Origin: Chrysomallon squamiferum
Lineage: Eukaryota; Animalia; Mollusca
Reading direction: 5' to 3'
NCBI GenBank assembly: GCA_012295275.1
Contig: CM022667.1
Location: 14,756,001 to 14,820,000 of the forward strand
Length of the DNA: 64,000 nucleotides
The notes below the pieces were generated by a model. It was not told where the DNA came from, searched no databases, and was given only the letters and a program-made list of their open reading frames with translations. This document shows positions 52,008 to 64,000 of this stretch, in pieces; position 1 is the first letter of the stretch; each line of letters starts with the position of its first letter. A program made the translations under genes and the position numbers.

Positions 52008-55000
52008 AAGAAGGAACTGCACAGAAAGTAATATCTAGCAGACAAAGTTACGATAGTGTTTATGAAAATACATTTTCAGCTATACATATTAGACACAAAA
52101 AATGTTAATATAAATATTTAAAAAAAAAATATAAGCAGACCTTTTCTTTTTTTACTTTTCCTTGCCAAGGGATTTTCAGTTTCTTCATATTCTCTGTATT
52201 TGGCAAACAAACCCTTGGAAAATAAAACATTTTCAGATCTGACATAAAAACTAGTGCTATTCAGTATATTTATTTTCCAAAAAAAAAAAAAAATAGAACT
52301 GTTACTACTAATAACAACATTGAAATAGGAGAACAAAACGAAATACTTCCTGTTGTTAAATGCAGATATTTTCTTTTAGGTACATACCTAATGATGAAAT
52401 GTTAAATTATTCAAATTTAACGGAAACTGAAACAATTTATTTCAAAATTATTATGAGAGACTGTCAGTGACATTATGCAGTGTATTTCAGGACTGTGTAA
52501 TTACTTTCAAAATTTGTATAAAAATTTGAAACCTGAGACAGAAATAAAATATTTCCTGTCGATAAATGTGAATGTCTGCTTTTATGTATGTGCGTGTGTG
52601 TGTTTTGAAAATTATTACAAATCAGTTAAATATTCAAATTTAATAATAACTAACAAAATGTGATATATGTGAATGTCTGCTTTAATGATTTATCTGTGTA
52701 TCTAGATTATTATTACAAATCAGTTAAATATTGAAATATAATACAAACAGTAATGCTCAGACTTACATGTGACTGTTTATTGAGAGCCAGCTCAACAAGG
52801 GAACTCACATGGCAGCCTGTAAGTTGTAAAGCATGTATCCCATGCGCACCCAGTGCAATCATAACAGCCTGGAAGAAGAGAAAAACTGACAACAGTAGTC
52901 CTAAATATCTAAATACACCGTGTTAAGGCGTGTACAATAATCAAGTAAGAAAGCATTGCAAGAATTTTTTCCTTTCATTATTTTTGTAATAAATTTTACA
53001 GAATAATTCAAGTCAGTTAAATAAAATGTTTGATATGTTAGAACATGCCCATCCGAGAAAATATAAACTAAATGTGTATAAATATGTGGTTGTCTGTTGT
53101 AAAGTATTTTGCTGTATCATCAGAGGTTCAAATGAATAGTTTTTCCCAGAAAGCTTAGCCATAATTAAATGATTTTTTTTTGTTTTAAATATGTTCACTA
53201 CATTCATACTTGTGAGTTATTAACTGCAGTTTTAGTTATGTAATATACAAAAACAAACACTTACAAACAGTATTTTCTACAAGATAATGTGCACTACTGA
53301 ATTTTAAACAGGTTTTTGTGGGGGGGGTTTTGATGATTTTCAATATCCTGAACAAAGACTCTCATAAATACATCTTACTTGAATGAATCCTTCTCACATC
53401 TATTTCTTACACATGCACAAACACGACACATCAGGTTCTCACTTGAATACACACTCACACGTACCACATCCACACACAAAAACAACTTTCACACAGATGT
53501 GCACACACAAACTTAGTCACACAGATGAGCACACACAAACTCACTAGTCACACAGATGTGCACACACAAACTCCCAAGTCACACAGATGTGCACACACAA
53601 ACTCACAAGTCACACATCCACACACAAACTCACAAGTCACACAGATGTGCACACACAGTTTAGTAAATCAACTCACCCGCAGAAAGTTGTCCATTAGCCC
53701 AGGTCTGACATAAGGAATCATAAGATACGGAGTACTAGGGTACATCACAAAGAAGATGGTACTGTTTGGTTCGTACCCTGGTGAATTGTCATCCAAGACC
53801 TGGACACGAGCCCACAATGCACCAGCATAATAATTAACATTCAAGACCTGTTGTAAATTGTCATATTAATTAGTAACAGCAGTATTAATTAACACCATAT
53901 GGTTATTACTTACTACCAATCATAATGTTGTTATTTTCATTTTTTTTTTTTGGAGCACAGTATTGTTACGGTGCTGTTTTCACATATTCATATATATATA
54001 TTTATATAATATATATAATTAATGGATTTTTGATCCAATTATTAAAATAGTGATATCACCTTAATACTGTCGTTAAAGCATGTTTTAACAGTTTCATGTA
54101 TATGTCAAACCTGTAAGTTAGACCAGAATTTTTCAATGTCATTAAAAGATCATTTTACAATTTCTGTCTAAAAGTAAAAGATATGATTTTCTAAATTTGT
54201 TTCAACTTCAAAGTTACTTTTATTTTAACACAGAGAATAAAAACCATTTACCACGTCTCCCAAATAAAGCACCATCTGTGTTTGTAGAAATTTTTTCACT
54301 CTTTGTAATCTTGAAGGAATACTAACAGAAGTCTCATCTATAATTTGTACAAAACAGTAAAATGAGAAAAATTAAATTAAATTAAAATAAACAATTTACA
54401 CACAGAACTGGTATGCATTTAATGATATATTTAATATCTGTGAAATGCATAGAACTATAAGAATTCTTATCTCAAATGCTTCGAACCGGAAGTGTTTCAG
54501 ATTTCAGAATGTTTCACATTTTAGAATATTTAAGCAGATAACCAGAACATAAAATCCCTTTATATTTCACGTAGAGCTAACACATATAACCAGCAGGTAC
54601 CTTTATATTTTTAACACATATTGCGAATGAAACAATGTTTGTATATGCTAAAACACACAGACTAACTCGGATTTTCCAAAAAAAGGTTATCAGAATTTTA
54701 TATGTTATGTGTTATTCTTAATCTGTATCAATATTTATTTATGTGTGTGGGTGTTTAAATTTTATGTAAATATACATAAACACATATCTGTATAGATTAA
54801 ATGGAAACTTATTAATATTTGTCACTCAGTGAACTTGAAGTAAAAGTATGTAGTACATTGAAAAACAAACCTTCTCCTTCACCACCGGAAAGTTGATAAA
54901 CTGTCCATTTCTTGCTAGTTGAATTCAGCTGCATATCTAGCAGTAATAATAATAATACTTCCAAAAATCAAAATTAAAAAAATCAAACATACATTTAGTA

Positions 55001-55526
55001 GATTTACTCACAAACACAATCACCCTCAGTGATTCGCAAATAACAAAAAAGCAAACAAAAAAACCATACATTTGCATGCACACACAATGCTTCATATATA
55101 TATATATAATATAATAAAAAAAAAAAAAAAAATAGACATTTAGTGACACTGACATTAATTTGATTAAATTAATACTTAACAATTATCTTACATATAAGAT
55201 GGAGTTCACATGCTTTTTTCATGGTCAGTCTGTTTTCCTGAAAATACAGCAGATTATCAAATTATATTGTAACGAACACAACAGTTTATAAAGCTGTATC
55301 TTAAAAATATCTCATGCATTTTTTTTTTTTTAAAGATGAAAAAAGTGTAGCTTACATAGTTTTAACCTACCTTACATAACTCTGATATCTTGTCCGCAAT
55401 ATCTTTTTTCGTCCTTTTAAAATTAATTTTAGTGTAGCAGCTTTCCGGCAGAAAGTTCCATTTTTTCAGGACTGGCAATATGTCGACAATTTTACATCTA
55501 AGTAAAGTGTATTTTAAAACATCCAT
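49133..55526 (-). CDS. CENPN: Centromere protein N (CENP-N/Chl4 family), 9 coding exons, ~367 aa
   Basis: Exons 55526-55371, 55237-55192, 54936-54871, 54337-54252, 53847-53677, 52868-52767, 52213-52141, 51792-51662 and 49405-49133 all have GT-AG borders and splice in frame (1104 nt). Peptides LKKWNFLPE..INFKRTK, ALWARV..MYPSTPY, DPRII..LG...QPILEKLRY and FEGTSVLEGIRNLVQAGL..PL parallel vertebrate CENP-N as recalled. Confidence 0.9.
53460..53660. repeat. ~29 bp minisatellite (cacagatgtgcacacacaaactcacaagt) in CENP-N intron 5
   Basis: About 6-7 imperfect tandem copies are visible. Confidence 0.85.
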
Positions 55527-55900
55527 TCTAAATCTTGAACATGGCGCGTAATCAAATGGAACACAAATATTGGTGACGTATTTCACAAAACATTGTTAAG
55601 GTCAAGTTAATTTGGGTCAAAATCGATTGTTGAATTATTGAAGGTACTCCGGAAGTATTACAGTCTCGATTTTTTTGGATTATTATGGATAGTGGTCAAG
55701 ATGAATCGAGACCATACGTTATTGCATGTGAACGTTTGCAGGTCGACTTCTACAAACTGTTTCATAATCTGACATTGGACTGTTTGGTTAGTTTACTTTT
55801 GCACTGTAATGAGTTTTTAAATAATATTACTAGCAGCAACTAGTCAGAATACTACAACTATAAAAACGCGTCCAAAGTGTGCGGAAACGTAAACGTGACT
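55527..55900. promoter_or_regulatory. Probable bidirectional promoter region of CENPN/CMC2
   Basis: Lies between divergent start codons 1,024 bp apart and is CpG-richer than its flanks. CMC2 has an acceptor at 56534, implying an upstream 5'UTR exon in this interval. Confidence 0.5.
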
Positions 55901-56550
55901 GCAACAGTGAAAACTCCAGAGTTTGAGGGACATTTTGATTTTAATTTTTAGATTTGTTGTTTTTTCTGTTTCTTTCACAGTTTTGTTTTATATTCAGCAT
56001 CAGGTGTAAAAATATGACATGCACCGAAGCATTATCATTTGTCGTTGGTAACCATATTAAAATTCTTAGTGAAAAGATAGTGTAGTAGTTTGAAGTCTTT
56101 TGACCAATAAATTCGAATGTTGTTGCATCATATTAGACCAAATTAGTATATTATCTATATATATTATTTTAAAATTATAAAAGAGAAAAATACTAAAATA
56201 ACTTTCTAAAAACGATTTTGCATTTATTTTCTTTTATTTAAATACATACTTTTCGGGGAAAGTAAATAATTAATAATATCTTTATGTCAGCAGAATTTAG
56301 GCATTGTTCATTTGTTGTTATTATATGAATATTATATTATAAATATGTTTGAATTTTAAAGCAATATTTGTTGCTTAGGGAGGAACATTTAAAGTTTCTG
56401 TTAGCAGACCTACACTTTGATATATGCATCCTGATCTCAAAATATCAACATATATTTTAATTAGTTAATATTCACGGATGTCAATTAATTGTAAATCATT
56501 TTTTTTTTAAATATATTACTTTTCATACTTTTAGAATCCAGACCTTTAGA

Positions 56551-57228
56551 ATGCATCCTGATTTGGCAGAACATCTGCACTCTGATGAATGTGTTCAGCT
56601 CATAGCTGCTTTAAAAGTTTGTCATAATGAAGTATGTAGACAATTTTATTATGTATATAAATATATATATTTTTAAAATCATAAAAAAAAATGTGTATTA
56701 TTGGAATGTATATTGATCCAAATATCTTTTTGCCTATATTAAAGATCTGTCCAGTCTTCGGGAAGTTAAAATCTGGATATATTCCAAACAGCCGTTTAGA
56801 TGTTAAGAAAAGGAGTATTATTTTTCTTTAAAACTTATAATGATATGTATTTATATAAATAAAACATCAAAGCCAAAACAAAAAATTATATTTATTTATG
56901 AGTACAAATTAGCCTTGTGTTATACAGAATAATATTCTTGATTGTTCTGAATGGTCTTTCTTTGTTGTTGTTGCTTGGTCTTTTTTTTTTTTAAGAAAAA
57001 TTTAAAATTATCACATTTTTGGATATGAATTCATTTGTTTCCAATATTATTATTATATTTATCTTTTGGAAAGACATAGTGTTACTAAAACAAGATTGTT
57101 TTGCTCTAATCAGCCTAGTTTCAAATGAGCTTAAATTAATAAATAAATTATCTTGGTTTCATACAATTTAAGACAGATTTACATTTAGTGTTTAAATTGA
57201 AAAGCTGACAGTAATATGCAGTTATATA

Positions 57229-57270
<42 letters not shown>

Positions 57271-57880
57271 TTTGTATAATGTTTTATTATATAGTTTTTA
57301 TTTATTGCAGCACAAAGTTGGAAGATTATTTGGAAAATGTAATCACCTTGACTCGGCATTAAATGATTGTCTTAGACGAGAGGTATTTATATCCTTTTAA
57401 AAATGTGTTATATACTTTAGAAATCTTACATTTGTTACTTCTGGCTTCTTCTAAAATCATTTTCAATCAGAATATGTAAACAGATAACTGTTTCATGCTA
57501 ACTGTTAGATCTGGTATGCCAAGAATAGACCCTTGTGTCCTTGCTTTAATTATGTGTACAAATTACAACTATGTGGTTGTGTATGCGTGTCTCTCTGTCA
57601 TTCTTGCATTCTCTCTCTCAAGTACACATGTGTAAAGTTAATATCTGACTATCTCTATTAACTATATATATATAAACACATACACACACACACATAAAAC
57701 AAACACAACCACACAGAAAGAAAGAAAGTTAAAATGTGTGCCTTTGCTAAATGATATTTACAAATTTATTTTTTATTTTAATATTTCAAATTTCATATTT
57801 CCCATTTGTTTCAGAGAGCCATGAAAAGGGATAACAACCGAAACCGAAAAAAGAAATTACGAGAAGGCCAAACAGAATAA
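56551..57880 (+). CDS. CMC2: COX assembly mitochondrial protein 2 homolog (twin CX9C), 3 coding exons, 72 aa
   Basis: Exons 56551-56631 (MHPDLAEHLHSDECVQLIAALKVCHNE), 57311-57382 (HKVGRLFGKCNHLDSALNDCLRRE) and 57815-57880 (RAMKRDNNRNRKKKLREGQTE*). GT-AG, phase 0; MHPDL start and two CX9C motifs. Confidence 0.92.
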
Positions 57881-59116
57881 CAGCTGTAATGAAGACTTTA
57901 AAACTAACATTGCAAATAAACTAATGTTTTTTTTTTTGATCATTTCCACTGAAATATATCTGTGGCAAATTCAGCTCTGGACAGAGCCTGGGTGCAGTTG
58001 TAGTAAATGTTTTATTTTCTAGTTGTAACTGCGCAGTGAGTCTTTGTAATAAAATATAAAACCGTTACTTCTTTAGGTTAGTTTATTATTTGTATGAAAG
58101 AAGAATCAGAGACTAAAGAAGGTAATGTCAGCACTAACATTTAAAAATAATAATAATAAAAAATATATAATATGCTATCAAAAATAATTGTTTCCAGGTG
58201 TAATTTGTTAATTTAACATACATGTATTGAAAGCCAGTGAATCCAGTGAGAGAAAAAAATAATTTGCTGTGGAGAACTGAAAATGTGACTGCATAAACTT
58301 TAATATTTTATGCAGATTGAAGATGATGTGGGTTTTTGTTATGGTAAAAATTTTTTCAATCTCCAAAACTAAAACAGATTAAAACTCTTTTAATGTCTGT
58401 ACCTGTTACTTTCTTCCATTTATTTTATTTTATTTTATTATTTTAGATTTGGAATTTGCATCCATCTTTTTTTCTTCTTACTGCTTCTATTTAATTTTTA
58501 GTTGCGGTTTTTTTCTGTGTATGTGTGTGTACTAAAAATTTGTTGTATAATATTTGTTCACATCTATCATGTTCACTTCAATACTTATTTTAAGTTATTA
58601 AATAACCAACTAATTAGTGAGAAAACAAAAAAGTTTTGTTACTTATTTAGATATTATCGAGAGAAAGTGAGCTAGATTTTAGTCACTGATCACGATTGAA
58701 GAGCATTATTTTTACTAAAACAGTTCTGTAGGAAAAATACAGACACACACATACACACACAGACTTACACAGTACTTAACCACCAAACTGACAGAAACAT
58801 ACATAATATATTAATGGGTAATTTTTAAGTAAACCTGTGGCTTGATGGAATTGCTGTGATAAAAAATCTCATTTTTTAAGCCATAGTTTTATAAATAAAA
58901 GAAAACTAATAAGATTATTATTAATCCATTTTGTTTTGTAGGGAGAACAGATGTTATTGTTATTATTATTAGTAGTAGTATTTATCAATAGAAAAAAAAA
59001 AATAGTATGCGTATGGTAAATCTATAGCTTGATGGGAATTGCTGAACAAAAGTTTATTAACAAAACAAAACTAATAAGATTATAACAAATCTATATAGTT
59101 CTGTAGGTAGGACAGA

Positions 59117-59156
<40 letters not shown>

Positions 59157-61190
59157 TATCAGTGTAAAATTCAATAAACAAAGTAAATAAATACTAAGCA
59201 ATCTGATGACTTCAGTTTACTTCTCGGTGGTTAAACTGGTTTTTGAATTATGTTGTCAAATAAAATATTTTTCCATTCTTTCATTAAGTCTTTTCACATG
59301 CTCGGTTTTTCACGTGTCCTCTTTGTACACATTTTGTAAGTTAAATCTGGCAGGAATCTACCTGACTATATTGTCATAAATACACATCCTTCGTAAGGAT
59401 GATAAATGTTTAGCGACCTCCAATGTCGCTAACACGTTAACAAAACTAACGTCATTATGACGTAATTACATTATTTTAACTTAGTTCTTTGGCAACGTAA
59501 ATCATTTTTGTTTTTAACCTTTTAAAACAAAAAAAAATAAAAAAAATAAATAAAAAAAAAAATAATAATAGGCTTCATCAAAAGAGTTATTTTCCAGTAA
59601 ATACACTTACTGAAAGAGAAACGATATACATGTTCTCTAATTCAACAATTATAGGTATAATTTTCGAAAGCAGGTAAGCAAATTATTTGAATTTTAGATC
59701 TATATTTTTTTTTTTTTTAACTTCAGTAAAAAATGTAGTACTCCTGTTATTGCTAGTAGATAGAGTTATTATAACTCATATGACATTTGTATTGTGATAA
59801 ATTTTAATATACTTATTTACATCATTCGTAAAATAATTACTGAAAAAAAAAAAGGGGGGTAATTTTGTTTCAGCCTTTGGATTATATATACATAAATACA
59901 TACATATATATAGGGAGATAAACACAGAGGCACGAACGTACATATGCATATATATACTATTGTGAACATAACAATTTTTACACTAATTTCTTTTCTTAAC
60001 CCGGTTCATGTATAGACAGCATGTTTGCTCATACAGATACTTCGTTATAGAACAACATGTTTTGTTTCCCTCTGTCACGTAAGCGTTTCTACCGAGGCCC
60101 ATTCATGTTTACATCTATTATTACCACTATTTCCATTGTGTCAGTGAATAATAACAGGAAATATAATGTGTTTGGGTACAAAAAGCATATACTGTTATCG
60201 AAAAGCTGTCAGAATTGAGAAGAAGGTTAACTAAGGGTTGCACGACACAAAACCGGTTTTCAGGGTAATGTTATTAAAATAAAAATGTGTATGTTTGTAC
60301 ATGTAGGGGATCAGGGGCCAATACAACAGGATTTCTGATAATGCTGTGGTGAGGGATTCAACATTGGTGTAAGCTGTGCAGTTCTTTGGGGTAAGTTGGG
60401 CCAGTAGTGGAAATGGCAATAACATTCAGTTTGTTTGTAACACATTTGTTTATTGCATAGTAATTTACTAACAGCATTTTCAGCAGTTATTCCTGATTCT
60501 GAACCGACGTGATGGTACGAAAAAGTGATATATTTGGCTAAAACATTTTACAATTCAAGTAAATATTTCATCAAGACTGGTGCAAAACTTACACTAGTCA
60601 TCCCTGAAAAGATTATAAATACGGACAAACGAATGATTATAGAATATTCTAACCTATTTTCACACATGCTATTATATAATGTAAAAATAAAGAGACGTAA
60701 GGTTGTCCTTCATATTATCCAACAGGCATTCATATTTAATGATTTGTGCAGACAAACTGTAGAGTTTTTCTATTTAAATATTGATATTTTATGTTTTTGA
60801 ATGTTTTATATTTCACGCATTTCACACACACATATACACACACAAACAAACACAAACACACAAATATATACATACACACAATAAGATATATAATTATCAT
60901 ACACAGCTAAATGCACATGTATGTATATACATAAACACAGGCACACACATAAACAGATTCAGTAATAGTATAAATACTAATGATGAAATAGTAATAAAAA
61001 TAGTAGCAGTATCAGTATGGTTGTAATGGTAATGATGATATCTATAGTAACAGCAAACAATAAATAAAAATGAATTAGTATTGGTAGTAGTAAAAGTGAT
61101 AATAGTAGTAGCAGTAGCAGTAACAATCATGTTGGATAATGTGAATATGTATTATTTATGTAGTTTTAAATATTTCTTTTCCTTAACCAG

Positions 61191-61392
61191 TTGTAGTGAG
61201 TGTGAAAAAATGCTGACCCCTGAAGTGTTTACAAAGGCCTATGAGTACCTAAAGAATGCTCGACATGGTAAGGATAAGCAGGGCTGTAGTGAAAGAGAGA
61301 TTATGGAAGGTCTGCGGAAATTTGTGAAAAACCCCTCAGACTGTTTTCCCATTGACCAGCTGCTGTTTTTAGAAGAACAAGTCCAAGTATGA
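61191..61392 (+). CDS. NEK11: Isolated terminal exon resembling the C-terminus of NIMA-related kinase NEK11
   Basis: After acceptor(s) at 61190/61196: ECEKMLTPEVFTKAYEYLKNARH..SEREIMEGLRKFV..PSDCFPIDQLLFLEEQ, matching the recalled NEK11 tail LG.EVFE.VY.YLKRARH..SEAEI..L...SDCFEVDQLLYFEEQ. No upstream exons were recognised in the window. Confidence 0.7.
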
Positions 61393-61902
61393 AAACTGAG
61401 CTAAAAATGAGAACATTTTAGACAGACATTCATGATCAAGCTTTTTGAAACACGTTTGCAGTTTAATTAATATTTAGTATTTGTTTTTGTTTGTGTGTGT
61501 GTGTGTGTGTATATATGTGTATATATATATAATTTTTATACAGACAATTTAATGAAAATAAAATATATATATGAATGGTTTTTCATTTTATATTAATAAT
61601 GTATGTATATGTGTGTATATTTTGTCTTTTCCGCATACCGTAAATTACTTTAAAGTTATTTTCTTATCTATCAGTTTTATCTTCTTCTTCTTCTCTGTAT
61701 TAAATACGAAAATTAAAAACGAAAAACACTTGATATTAACTGATTACATATTCAAAACAATATATATATCTCTCTTCTATATATATACTTTTTTTTAAAG
61801 ACAAAATGTAGTTTCAAATGGCTATGACAAAACTCATTATTTTTATTAACTCATTTTACAGACAACGATGAACTAATACGGTTGTTATTAATTTATGATT
61901 TA

Positions 61903-61960
<58 letters not shown>

Positions 61961-62411
61961 TAAAATATTTTTGATATTAAATTAATATTCAGTTACTACT
62001 GTTTAATATAGAAACAAATAATATTAAATATAAACATTTATTTAAGATATTTGTATATGGGTGTGTGAATAGGAAAATGATAGTAATGATGATGATAATT
62101 ATTGGCAATTATTTACACAAGAATAAACTCAAAGACAGAACAACATTTTACTCATTACGCAGAAAATAAATAGATAAACAAGTCTACGAATTTTATTTAT
62201 AGACTGCAGAAAAACCTCAGTATCGCTTCTTTGTATATAACAGTCTATGTCGGCGTATGACGGTTTACCAGTCTGAAAACTAGAAAAGAAACTGAAAGTG
62301 TAATTTACAAGTAATTATACTTCCTGAACCAGAACCATTATACATTCATTTTTACCTGTACACCACAGCACTTGTATAATTAGGTATGTGACAAAAGGTA
62401 TCTATAATATA

Positions 62412-62461
62412 TCTGCGACGGACACGCCCGCTGACCTGTCAGAAAGCGTGCCCGTCGCAGA
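62412..62461. repeat. GC-rich inverted repeat (hairpin)
   Basis: tctgcgacggacacgc ... gcgtgcccgtcgcaga (16-bp arms, 1 mismatch) with an inner ctgac/gtcag stem. Confidence 0.85.
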
Positions 62462-63224
62462 CGTGCTTCACAACAGCTTGATCTGATTAGCACGTTAATT
62501 TGTTTCCTATTCCTATTCCTAAGGTATCTATGCGACGAAGCGGAAGGTCGCCCGATTTATGTGACACGTTTTTACTTTCCTTGAATCATTCGCTTTTCCG
62601 ATGCATCATTTTTACATATTTTAGGTTTGTGCAGATAATCGCCATTAGCGGCTGCCGTTTCTTCCTAATTAGCTGATCCACTGTAAATGTATTTTGCATG
62701 AAGGGGGGGTGGGCACCGTTTGTTCGCTTTTCATTGACTCGTCTTATGTTCTTTCCTTGGGATTTCTGCATAAAAACACAGACGGGATATTGATAAGTGC
62801 TCACGATTTCGAATATTTTGATTCCGTTGAGTTTTGCTGTGCCTACGCTGGTTTTTAGAAAGTTACGAATTTTCAACACGCTTAAATTACTAAAACCGTT
62901 TACGTGAGACGAATGGAAAGTAGCTGGACATAATAATTAATTTTTTTTTTTTTTCTTATTGCCTTTAAAATTTTATCATAATGTTTGGACGCATTTAATT
63001 GTTATGATTGCCTCGTGAAATATGGCCTGTGTGTCATTTCGGTGTTCGATCGCCATCTTGAAACTTTTATTGCACGTGCTTAGCGAAATCGCCGTTAATT
63101 TACGTTTTCTGCAGACCGAAATCGCGTTGATTTTATTTACAATCGCCGTAAATTGTATCCTATTTAGTCAAGTCGCCGTAGATTTTATGTGCAACTACAA
63201 ATAACTGGTGCTATTTGAAATGAT

Positions 63225-64000
63225 TATATTTCTATAATCTATGTTGATTATATTTTTAATAGCTTGTAGGATGCATGTTTTATTAAATGTTGTGACTTTT
63301 ACTAAATATAATATGAATTCGTTCTGAAATAAACGAATTAATATTGTTTTGCCGATTACTAGCATTTGATGTTAACTATAATCCTCTGCAATACATAAAC
63401 TCAGAAAGGTGTTGCCGGTCTTAATTAGGAACAATACAATGTATATGTAATCATGACATTAAAGACAGGTATGGTAAGTGTCATTTGAAGCAGACAAAAT
63501 AATTTTCTTGGCTTTGTGTTTGTACTTCCTGTGATTTGACAGCAAATAAAAGATACCTATCAGTGTATCATGTGACCATTGCACATGTTTTCTCTGATGA
63601 AGCTAATCAACACTTGAAGCAAAAATAGCCTAAGTTTTAAAACTGAACACTTTATGATTTATCAGTTTATGGTTTTACGATAAAAAAGAATCATAACATT
63701 CTATCAATACCTCTGGTACATAGATTCATTTCTATATTTCTATGTTGTTTATATCTTTAATCACTTGTATAATGCATGTTTTATTATATGTTATGACTTT
63801 TACTGAATATAATTATAATATGAATACTTTCCGAAATAAACAAATTAATGTTTAACTATAATCCTCTGCAATACATAAACTCATATAATCCTTGGAGTCT
63901 ACTCCAGAAAGGTGTTGCCGGTCTTAATTAGGAACAATACAATGTGTATGTAATTATGACATTAAAGACAGGTATGATAAGTGTCATTTGAAGCAGACAA
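63225..64000. repeat. ~0.5 kb tandem duplication running off the window end
   Basis: 63370-63498 (gttaactataatcctctgc...gaagcagacaa) recurs at 63852-64000 with a short insertion; 63240-63340 recurs at 63741-63850. Confidence 0.85.

Noticed and set aside
53460-53660. CRISPR-like array
   Set aside because: Tandem minisatellite without unique spacers, inside a eukaryotic intron.
60231-60425. GC-richer segment as a possible NEK11 upstream exon
   Set aside because: All three plus-strand frames after the nearest acceptor hit stops quickly and show no kinase-like sequence.

Overview
Eukaryotic, AT-rich, microsatellite-rich animal DNA, most consistent with a lophotrochozoan or other invertebrate (taxon cannot be fixed from sequence). 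No prokaryotic features are present. About 48 kb (1-48,000) is a tandem array of macin-family genes (hydramacin/theromacin/mytimacin-like, 10-Cys secreted antimicrobial peptides). It has 9 complete coding copies in 4 sequence types, 2 broken remnants and orphan 3'UTR pieces. Much of it was amplified as three ~11/7.6/11 kb higher-order units carrying decayed L1/Tx1-clade LINE fragments. In five copies the LINE is fused directly into the macin 5'UTR intron, replacing the apparent promoter and first exon while leaving acceptor, CDS and polyA signal intact. The two most distal copies form a strongly divergent subfamily (FDDC...RKKKW). The array also contains captured pieces of the 3' end of the neighbouring CENP-N gene and a Hedgehog Hint-domain C-terminal fragment. 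Downstream lie a complete 9-exon CENP-N gene (minus strand) head-to-head with a 3-exon CMC2 gene (plus strand), an isolated NEK11-like terminal exon and repeat-like DNA. All family assignments come from motif recognition by eye, not database searches.
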